From contig JANZKC010000003.1 of NCBI GenBank assembly GCA_025061115.1, forward strand, positions 1-64,000: DNA of 64,000 bases, written 5' to 3'. Position numbers and translations under genes: made by a program. The DNA is from Candidatus Culexmicrobium cathedralense (GTDB taxonomy: Archaea > Thermoproteota > Methanomethylicia > Culexarchaeales > Culexmicrobiaceae). This document shows, one piece after another, positions 56,943 to 64,000 of this stretch (the stretch's first letter is position 1; the number at the start of each line of letters is the position of its first letter). Below the pieces are notes generated by a model. The model made no database searches. It had not been told where the DNA came from and saw only the letters and a list, made by a program, of their open reading frames with translations.

Positions 56943-58327
56943 ATTTCATTATCTCCATAATTATAGTGCTTTTCAAGCCCCTTTGCGTCTTTCTTAAGTC
57001 TTTTTGCTGCTTGCTGAATCATTAATTTAACGTGAATTTCTCTTGGAGATCCTAGCACTTTCTTCATCTCTAATAATTCCTCCGTCCTGCTTGGCGGCTC
57101 CAATTTTACTTTAAGCTTGTTTAAAACGTATTTTATGACTTCATTAAAGTTCCTGCTACACTTAACTGCTTCAGCAACGAGTTGATGCATTTCCCTATAA
57201 GGTGCGCCCTGCTTCATTGAAATGTATTCAGCTAAGTATGCAGTTAATGTCATGTATTTTTCTGCATCTGCGCTCATTTTCTTCGCATTTACTTTCATTT
57301 TAAGTATGAAGTCTGCTAGGACAGTTGCACTTTCAATTGCATTCTTAAGGACTTTCCATGCATGTCTACTTATTTCCTGCAAATCCAAATTATAGCCTGA
57401 AGGTAGCCCTTTAATGATGCTTAATATGCTCATGAGAGATCCGATGGACTCTCCACTTCTTGCTCTTACGATCTCCATTGTTATTGGATTTCTCTTGTGA
57501 GGCATTATGCTGCTGGTAGCTAAGTGGTGTTCATGGGGAGTTATGTAGTTGAATTGAGGAGTGCTCCAAATAATTAAGTCCTCAGCAATCCTGCTTAAAA
57601 ATACTTGTAGGCTAGTTGTAGTGGCAGTAACTAGAGTTAGAAAGTTCCTTGCACTTGTAGCTGCCAACGTGTTAATTACTATTTTGCTCATTCCAATCAT
57701 TTTAGCAAGCTTTTTCCTATTAAGTGGAACAATCGTTCCTGCAATTGCCGCTGCCCCGAGTGGAGATTTCTCAACTATTTCATTCAGCAAAAAGCGGAGC
57801 ACATTGAAGTAACATGACAATTCCTCTTCAATGTATAAAAGGTAGTGAGCAAGTGTTATTGGCTGTGCAGGTTGAAGATGGGTGAATCCCGGCATTATTG
57901 TTCTAATGTTACTTTGAGCTTTCCCGATGAGCGCTTCTCTCAACCTATTGAGACTTGAAAGAAGTTCCAATGTGAGTGTTCGTGTGTGAAGCCTTAATGC
58001 TGCTGACACGTGATCATTTCTGCTTTTGCCGAGGCTAATCCAATTGGCTGTTCTTCCAACTTTATTTTTCAAGTAAATTTCAATTGCCTCATGCACATCT
58101 TCGGCTTTTATTGAGAATAATGGCGACGGATCTCGAATTAAATCGTCTACTACTTTTGCTACCTTATTAGCTTCGTTTTTTGGTATTAAATTTAATTCAG
58201 TTAAATGGTTGATGTGTACCTTAAGTGCTTGAAGAACTTCAGCTGCTATTTCCCTGTCATCAATCATTGATGACGTATACTTTCTAAGCCATTCGGGCTG
58301 TTTGTCTAGGAGCTTCTTCCTATACAT
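56939..58327 (-). CDS. argH: Argininosuccinate lyase
   Basis: EDVH, SRND, PGFTHLQ.AQP, SSIMPHKRNP, GYNLDLQE; adjacent to argG. Confidence 0.93.
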   Translation of the reverse strand: MYRKKLLDKQPEWLRKYTSSMIDDREIAAEVLQALKVHINHLTELNLIPKNEANKVAKVVDDLIRDPSPLFSIKAEDVHEAIEIYLKNKVGRTANWISLGKSRNDHVSAALRLHTRTLTLELLSSLNRLREALIGKAQSNIRTIMPGFTHLQPAQPITLAHYLLYIEEELSCYFNVLRFLLNEIVEKSPLGAAAIAGTIVPLNRKKLAKMIGMSKIVINTLAATSARNFLTLVTATTTSLQVFLSRIAEDLIIWSTPQFNYITPHEHHLATSSIMPHKRNPITMEIVRARSGESIGSLMSILSIIKGLPSGYNLDLQEISRHAWKVLKNAIESATVLADFILKMKVNAKKMSADAEKYMTLTAYLAEYISMKQGAPYREMHQLVAEAVKCSRNFNEVIKYVLNKLKVKLEPPSRTEELLEMKKVLGSPREIHVKLMIQQAAKRLKKDAKGLEKHYNYGDNEI

Positions 58328-58348
58328 TTTGTTTCACAATTAATGCTT

Positions 58349-59563
58349 CTAGCTTATATTGGAAGAGGTTTGTTTAGCTAGTTCTCTCATTTTTTCAGTT
58401 GCAATCCTTGTTTGGAGACCCCATATTTCGATGAATCCCTTTGCGAGTGATTGGTCAAATCTACTCCAAGCTTCATATGTAATGAGATTTAAGTCGTACA
58501 GGCTAAGCGGAGATCTTCTACCTACAATTTGTACAGATCCTTTGTACAGTTTAACTTTAACCTCGCCAGTAACTCTTTTCTGCGTTGAATTTATGAATTC
58601 GTCGAGATCTTCTCGCAGCGGATCCATCCAGAGTCCTGCATAGACTAAGTAGCTCCAATGCATATCTACAATGTTCTTGAACATTACTTCATGTCTAGTT
58701 AAAGTCATTTTTTCTAGCTCCTTATGGGCTTCTATGAGTATTGTCGCGGCTGGCGCTTCATAAACTTCCCTAGACTTCAATCCCACGATTCTGTCTTCTA
58801 TGTGATCTATTCTTCCTACACCATGTTTTCCGCCGATCAAGTTTAACTCCTGAATCAAGTCTGCGAGTTTCATTCGCTCGCCATTAATTGCAGTTGGGCA
58901 TCCTTCTTTAAATTCGATGGAAACATATTCAGGCTCGTCTGGAGCTTTCTTAGGACTTGCTGTCCATTTAAAAACTTTTTCTGGCGGCTCGGCTGATGGG
59001 TCTTCAAGCACTCCACATTCAATGCTTCGACCCCAGAGATTTTCGTCAACACTATATGGGTCCTTATCTATTTTAACTGGAATATTCTTCTTAAGCGCGT
59101 ATTTAACTTCCCAATTCCTAGTTAACTTCAATTCTCTAACTGGAGCTATAACTTTCAAATTCGGAGCAAGCGCTTTAATCGTAATTTCAAACCTTATTTG
59201 ATCATTCCCCTTACCAGTACATCCATGTGCAACTGCATCAGCACTTTCTTTTAAAGCAATTTCAACTAACTTCTTTGCAATTAATGGCCTTGAAAGTGCA
59301 CTTGAAATTGGGTATTTTCCCTCATAGAGTGCATTGGCTTTTAAGGCAGGAAGTACGTAGTTTGCTGCAAATTCGCTTTTGGAGTCAATTGTATAATGCT
59401 TTACTGCACCGAGCTTTTCAGCTCTCCAAGCTATTTCATCAAAGTTCTTTGCTTGGCCCAGGTCTAAGCTCATAGTTATGACTTCAGCTCCATACTTTTC
59501 TTGAAGAATCTTCACGAGTACTGATGTATCTAAACCTCCCGAATATGCCAATACGACTCTCAT
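58349..59563 (-). CDS. argG: Argininosuccinate synthase
   Basis: AYSGGLDTS, HGCTGKGNDQIRF, SVDENLWGRSIE, KSREVYEAP. Confidence 0.97.
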   Translation of the reverse strand: MRVVLAYSGGLDTSVLVKILQEKYGAEVITMSLDLGQAKNFDEIAWRAEKLGAVKHYTIDSKSEFAANYVLPALKANALYEGKYPISSALSRPLIAKKLVEIALKESADAVAHGCTGKGNDQIRFEITIKALAPNLKVIAPVRELKLTRNWEVKYALKKNIPVKIDKDPYSVDENLWGRSIECGVLEDPSAEPPEKVFKWTASPKKAPDEPEYVSIEFKEGCPTAINGERMKLADLIQELNLIGGKHGVGRIDHIEDRIVGLKSREVYEAPAATILIEAHKELEKMTLTRHEVMFKNIVDMHWSYLVYAGLWMDPLREDLDEFINSTQKRVTGEVKVKLYKGSVQIVGRRSPLSLYDLNLITYEAWSRFDQSLAKGFIEIWGLQTRIATEKMRELAKQTSSNIS

Positions 59564-59642
59564 ATATAATACCCAGAGAGTGCATTTGCTTTGTAAAGTT
59601 ATATTTTGCGTAATTAACGTTTCATCTAATTAATAATTTGTT

Positions 59643-60344
59643 TCATTTAGAACAATTCTCGGATCTTAAATCTAGAATGGCTTTCTCAAGAGTGGCAAAA
59701 GCTTTTGAAGCATCCTTCCTATCTACAATTAATATTGTATCTTCGTGGCATGAAATTATTTGGGTGATGTTGATTCCTTTTCTTGCAAGCAATGCAGTTA
59801 TGTATGAGATTACGCCTGGAACTTCAATTACGCTTCGCGGACTTAAAAGAATTATTGCAGATTGGTTATCGATGAAAACCTCAATATCATCCTCTCCAAT
59901 AATTTCAACAACTTTTTTCAGCTCTCTACCATCAAAAATTAGCGTGAATGTCTGCAATCCTTGAGTTAATTGAAAGAATCTCGATGCAACCACGCGTTTC
60001 ATGAGGCTGTCTAGCTTGTCAGTTAATGCTTCTTGCCTTACCGTTAAAACTACAATGTCACTTTTCAGCTCTAAAACTGTGTTAGCAATAACTTCCCTAA
60101 TTTTATTTTCAAGTATTTTATTATCCTTTATTAGTTCATCACTAAATCTAATTAAAGCCATTTTAATAGCTTCGATTCTCACGTTTCTTCTTCCTGTTGT
60201 TTTTTCAACTTCGGGTTTAATTCTCGCTGCGAGAGCGGAGTAGTTTATAACTCCCATCTTGATGCAATCCGTTATGCTTGGATGCTGAAGAATGATTCTT
60301 CGAACGGCTTCAGCAACAGAGATATCACTTCCACTATTACTCAT
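59643..60344 (-). CDS. ACT-domain-containing protein with helical (possibly DNA-binding) N-terminus
   Basis: INYSALA..I, AIKMAL.R, then PGVISYI...LARKGINITQIIS ACT motif. Confidence 0.8.
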   Translation of the reverse strand: MSNSGSDISVAEAVRRIILQHPSITDCIKMGVINYSALAARIKPEVEKTTGRRNVRIEAIKMALIRFSDELIKDNKILENKIREVIANTVLELKSDIVVLTVRQEALTDKLDSLMKRVVASRFFQLTQGLQTFTLIFDGRELKKVVEIIGEDDIEVFIDNQSAIILLSPRSVIEVPGVISYITALLARKGINITQIISCHEDTILIVDRKDASKAFATLEKAILDLRSENCSK

Positions 60345-60397
60345 AGAGCTTTACCTCAAATCAAAATGTTAAGTTGAAAGTTAAATTATAGCTATTG

Positions 60398-60688
60398 CTA
60401 CTTCTCGCGTTTTTCTTCGTCGCTTAACTTACTTAGGAACTCCTTCTTCCATTCCTCAAATTTCCTCTTGTAATCCCTTTCTATACTCTCTTCAATTCTT
60501 TTTCGCTCTCTTTCATACATTTCAGCTAGCATGGCCATGGCTTTTCTCTGTGCTTCTTCAAAGGCCTTTGTTTTCATCTTCTCCCTAAATATTCCATAAG
60601 TTAAGAATGCTCCAATAGAGAAGGAAAGTGCAGCTAGTATTGCTTCGCCAATCCAATCTACCAATGATTCACACTCCACATGTTTCAA
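60398..60688 (-). CDS. Hypothetical single-TM coiled-coil protein
   Basis: N-terminal TM followed by a charged helix; collinear with neighbours. Confidence 0.65.
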   Translation of the reverse strand: MKHVECESLVDWIGEAILAALSFSIGAFLTYGIFREKMKTKAFEEAQRKAMAMLAEMYERERKRIEESIERDYKRKFEEWKKEFLSKLSDEEKREK

Positions 60689-60698
60689 TTATAATTAC

Positions 60699-62648
60699 TT
60701 AGTTCTGGACTTCGCCTTTTAAGTGTTTATTGAACCACCTTAGCGTATGCTTTAACCTCTTAATTCTATGGCTTGGCTTGCCAGACCTGCTAAATACATG
60801 TCCTCCCTTCATGAATAAGACAAGTTCCACAGTTTTGCCTAAGTACTTGAGTGCAGTGAAGAATAGGAGTGCTTGGTCGAACCAGCATCTGTAATCTTCG
60901 AGGCTGTGAATTATCATTAGAGGCGTTTCCACTTTAGGTGCGTGAGCTAGCGGTGATTTTTCAATGTATCCTTTCATGTTACTCCAATAATCATCACCGA
61001 TTTGATCTGGAACGAAGTGAAAGCCTATGTCTGCAGTTCCGAACTCTGCAATCCAGCTTGATATTCCATTAAGTGAAACAGCTGCCTTGAACTTATTGGT
61101 TTGAGTTACAATCCAGTTGGTCATAAATCCTCCATAGGATAAGCCCATGACGCCGAGCTTGTCTGGATCTATGAATTCGTATTTCGAAATAACGTAGTCA
61201 ATCCCCTCGATCAAATCCTTGTAATCTCGCTCCCCATAATGCCTTCTGATATCGGCAAATTCCTCACTATAGCCGTCACTTCCGCGCGGGTTTAAGTAGA
61301 CAACCACGTAGCCATTGGATGCTAAAATTTGATTCTCAAACATAAAGCTATATCCAAATGCGCTCTTCGGCCCTCCATGAATGTTTAGTATTGTTGGGTA
61401 CTTCTTCCCTGGAATCATTTCAACTGGTTTCATGATCCAGCCTTCAATCTTAACGCCATCAGAAGCTATAAACTCAAACCTTTCAGGTTTGGAAAGGCTA
61501 ACTCGCTTCAGCCACTCATCATTAAATGCAGTTAGCTTTACATCACCTCTTTCATCTTTAACCCAAACCTCAGCAGGCTCAACTTCGGTAATCTTAGTAT
61601 ATGCTATTGCATTATTTTCAATTGTAAAGTTGTCAATAATGAAATCTCCAACAATTACAGGCTCAATTTTCTTTTCGGTTAGCTTCAATTTGTAGACATT
61701 AATTCTACCTTCACTTGAGAGTGGGAAGTAGATGTAATCTCCTATCCATATTGGTGGCTGATCTACTCTAATTGGTCCGCGTACATCATAGTATACTCGC
61801 TTGCTGGAGCCTCTATCAAGTTTGCCTGTTAAGTTTTCAATATAATCTCCATCACGACTTGCAATCCAAATAGTTTCATGGGTTGCGTATCCTCTATGGA
61901 GGTCGCTTGCTCTAAAGACTACGTATTCATCATCTGGGCTCCAATTTAAAGTTCCAATCCGCATGCCTTTACCAGTAATTTTTCTAGCTTCTCCTCCGTT
62001 TACTGAAGCAATGTAGATGTAGTTTTCTAATGGTTTCATGTCATCAATTTTAGCTGCATATGCTATTTCGTCTCCTTTATTTGAAAATGTAGCTGAAACA
62101 ACATCGAAGTCTCCACTTGTTATCTGCCTAACCTCACTTGAGAGTGAGTCAACAATGAATAAGTGCTTTCTAAAGTGGTGTGTATAACCTATGCCATCAA
62201 ACCATATTGGAATCCTATTAATAGCATGCACTTCTTCATCGTGTTGTTCATCGAAAACTTTTGAAATGAACATTATACTTCTGCCATCAGAACTCCATTG
62301 CGGTGATTCAATCCCTTCCTCACGCTTTAAAACAAGTCTTGGCTCACCGCCAGAAATTGAAAGAACCCAAAGCTCGTTGCCTTTATTTCCTTCGCGCAAT
62401 GTTCTCTTAGATAAGAATAGTAATTGCCTACCGTCAGGGGACCATCTTGGCCAATAGTCCTTATCTCCACTAGTGGTTAGCCTTACTTCGCCAGTAATCC
62501 TGTCGATAACCCAGATATTCATAATGTAGTCGTCTTTAACTTCATCTACGCGAATCGTAACGAATGCGATCAAGTCGCCTGAAGGAGATATTTGAGGGTC
62601 AACGACGGAAATAATTTTGTTTAAATCTTTAAGTTCAAGCTTCCTCAT
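60699..62648 (-). CDS. S9 family peptidase (acylaminoacyl/dipeptidyl aminopeptidase)
   Basis: WSPDG beta-propeller repeats, IHGGP, GLSYGG, D.R, GH catalytic triad. Confidence 0.93.
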   Translation of the reverse strand: MRKLELKDLNKIISVVDPQISPSGDLIAFVTIRVDEVKDDYIMNIWVIDRITGEVRLTTSGDKDYWPRWSPDGRQLLFLSKRTLREGNKGNELWVLSISGGEPRLVLKREEGIESPQWSSDGRSIMFISKVFDEQHDEEVHAINRIPIWFDGIGYTHHFRKHLFIVDSLSSEVRQITSGDFDVVSATFSNKGDEIAYAAKIDDMKPLENYIYIASVNGGEARKITGKGMRIGTLNWSPDDEYVVFRASDLHRGYATHETIWIASRDGDYIENLTGKLDRGSSKRVYYDVRGPIRVDQPPIWIGDYIYFPLSSEGRINVYKLKLTEKKIEPVIVGDFIIDNFTIENNAIAYTKITEVEPAEVWVKDERGDVKLTAFNDEWLKRVSLSKPERFEFIASDGVKIEGWIMKPVEMIPGKKYPTILNIHGGPKSAFGYSFMFENQILASNGYVVVYLNPRGSDGYSEEFADIRRHYGERDYKDLIEGIDYVISKYEFIDPDKLGVMGLSYGGFMTNWIVTQTNKFKAAVSLNGISSWIAEFGTADIGFHFVPDQIGDDYWSNMKGYIEKSPLAHAPKVETPLMIIHSLEDYRCWFDQALLFFTALKYLGKTVELVLFMKGGHVFSRSGKPSHRIKRLKHTLRWFNKHLKGEVQN

Positions 62649-62715
62649 GCAATCACCAATTTAGATTCGATCGAAAATAGTTAAAAAGCTAATTATCAGG
62701 CGATGGATGCACTCG

Positions 62716-63474
62716 TTATTCAAGTACTCTATTTTTCTTTGCTGCGTGAAAAACAAGTGTAGGTGCGTCTGGGAAGGAAGCTGACTTAACTTCAAATCCC
62801 TGAGATTTCAACGTTCTATCTATTTCGTTTTGCCACTTCCTATCTCTGCCAGCAAAAATAGACATGCTGCCTCCTAATTTAAGCACCTTAGATAACGTGT
62901 AGAGGGATTCACGCGAGTATAATGCTGGATTTCTCCTAGGATTAGGTCCTCCATCATGAATTATGTGGTCAAACATTAGGTTTAAAGCATCTGCAGCTTT
63001 CAATGAATCGTAAAGAACAATTTTTACATGCTTCCTCCAGAGCGATTCCCTATACGCTGAAACAGTATTCCTAAATAATGCAATAGCAAGCACGAATGGA
63101 GAAACGTCAATAGTTACGAATAGTGATGGATTAGCCCATTCAATAGCGACATAACACGTCCTGCCAATTCCAGTTCCAATTTCGAGAACTCTGCCGCCAT
63201 CAGGAATAGCTTCAGGCCAAGCAATAATTGAGCCACAATAAACCATTCTCATGATATTGAAATCACCTTTCCTATAAGCTAAACCGCCGGTAATTTCATC
63301 AATAAGCTGAAAAACTTCACAATCGTTCAAAGGCTTAACAAATCTTTCATAAGTATCTTTAGCAATCAATCTAGACTTCTCATCCGCAGCATCAAACTGC
63401 CTCCTCCTGAGTAAATTCAACATTTCCTCTTCAATGCTTTCAACTGCTCTTCTTGCTTCCCATAACTTGGTCAT
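62716..63474 (-). CDS. Class I SAM-dependent methyltransferase
   Basis: VLEIGTGIG motif I, TIDVS, FDHIIHD. Confidence 0.82.
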   Translation of the reverse strand: MTKLWEARRAVESIEEEMLNLLRRRQFDAADEKSRLIAKDTYERFVKPLNDCEVFQLIDEITGGLAYRKGDFNIMRMVYCGSIIAWPEAIPDGGRVLEIGTGIGRTCYVAIEWANPSLFVTIDVSPFVLAIALFRNTVSAYRESLWRKHVKIVLYDSLKAADALNLMFDHIIHDGGPNPRRNPALYSRESLYTLSKVLKLGGSMSIFAGRDRKWQNEIDRTLKSQGFEVKSASFPDAPTLVFHAAKKNRVLE

Positions 63475-63548
63475 TTACTTTCCCTAACTATCAGCAGATT
63501 TAGTAACAGTTATACTTAATTTCTATCAAATGAATGCTGGTGATCTGC

Positions 63549-64000
63549 TTGGACGAATGTGACATTTTAATTGAAAATGGCTTGATTGTAGACGGCACAG
63601 GAAGCCCTGTGTTTAAGGGCTCAGTAGCCATTCAAGGTGACAGGATTGTTGAAGTTGGAAAAGTTAAATGTGACGCAAAGGTTGTCATTGATGCTTCTGG
63701 GCTAGTGGTTGCTCCTGGCTTCATAGACGTGCATACGCATGCTGATAAGACTCTACCGCTATTTCCAAAGGCTGAGAATTATGTGATGCAGGGAATTACA
63801 ACAACTATTGGCGGTAATTGTGGGAATGTAGCTGCACCAATTCTCGATTGGTGGCCTCCAAACATGTTTTGGGATCAAGACATTCTGTTTGAGTTGAAGC
63901 CATATAAGTATTATATTGAGGGCTTACTGCCGGCTGATGAGGTGAAGAAGAAGGTTAAGGAAATTTATGGCGTTGACATAACTTGGGGCTTATTCAAAGA
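63549..64000 (+). CDS. Second D-aminoacylase (partial, runs off window)
   Basis: Not in ORF track. TTG63549 after GGTGA: MDECDILIENGLIVDGTG...APGFIDVHTHAD...QGITT.IGGNCG. Confidence 0.88.
   Translation, partial: MDECDILIENGLIVDGTGSPVFKGSVAIQGDRIVEVGKVKCDAKVVIDASGLVVAPGFIDVHTHADKTLPLFPKAENYVMQGITTTIGGNCGNVAAPILDWWPPNMFWDQDILFELKPYKYYIEGLLPADEVKKKVKEIYGVDITWGLFK

Noticed and set aside
357-62457. Numerous 60-190 aa ORFs antisense to or nested in recognised genes (e.g. 357..701, 17755..18249, 23684..24235, 26016..26579, 53295..53732)
   Set aside because: Shadow frames of well-supported genes, with Ser/Ile/Leu/Pro-rich antisense composition and no motifs.
62695-62745. Possible C/D sRNA overlapping the methyltransferase stop
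   Set aside because: Only the D box (CTGA) is canonical; C and C' boxes are poor.

Overview
Archaeal chromosomal region, most likely from a (hyper)thermophilic TACK/Thermoproteota-type organism: it has reverse gyrase, a tungsten-type AOR, a C/D-box sRNA, GGAGGTGA/GGTGA ribosome-binding sites and TATA promoters. The exact lineage cannot be fixed from this window. No rRNA, tRNA, CRISPR array or IS element was recognised. Content is dominated by peptide and amino-acid scavenging (three TldD/PmbA proteins, DmpA, M29 and S9 peptidases, two D-aminoacylases, a YtcJ-like amidohydrolase, a class III aminotransferase, a D-cysteine desulfhydrase-family enzyme) plus housekeeping genes (rgy, trpS, alaX, speE, argG/argH, arcC, moaB, clp1). 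Four microproteins missed by the ORF track and four decayed genes were found by reading the DNA. The strongest candidates for undescribed biology are: (1) a stand-alone GGDEF-fold protein next to a 4xCBS protein, a possible archaeal nucleotide second-messenger module; (2) a DapF-fold enzyme whose distal pocket has Asn-to-acid changes, in a D-aminoacylase/omega-aminotransferase locus (a possible PLP-independent Lys/Orn racemase pathway); (3) a 38-aa poly-Glu/Trp microprotein; (4) an ArsR-led operon with a bactofilin-like beta-helix protein and two partners sharing an MscL-like LxEIRDxLK helix; (5) a thioredoxin reductase lacking NADPH motifs, fused to a GNAT domain, in an AOR operon; (6) a SelO-like kinase-fold protein. 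All family calls come from motif recognition by eye; no database search was run.
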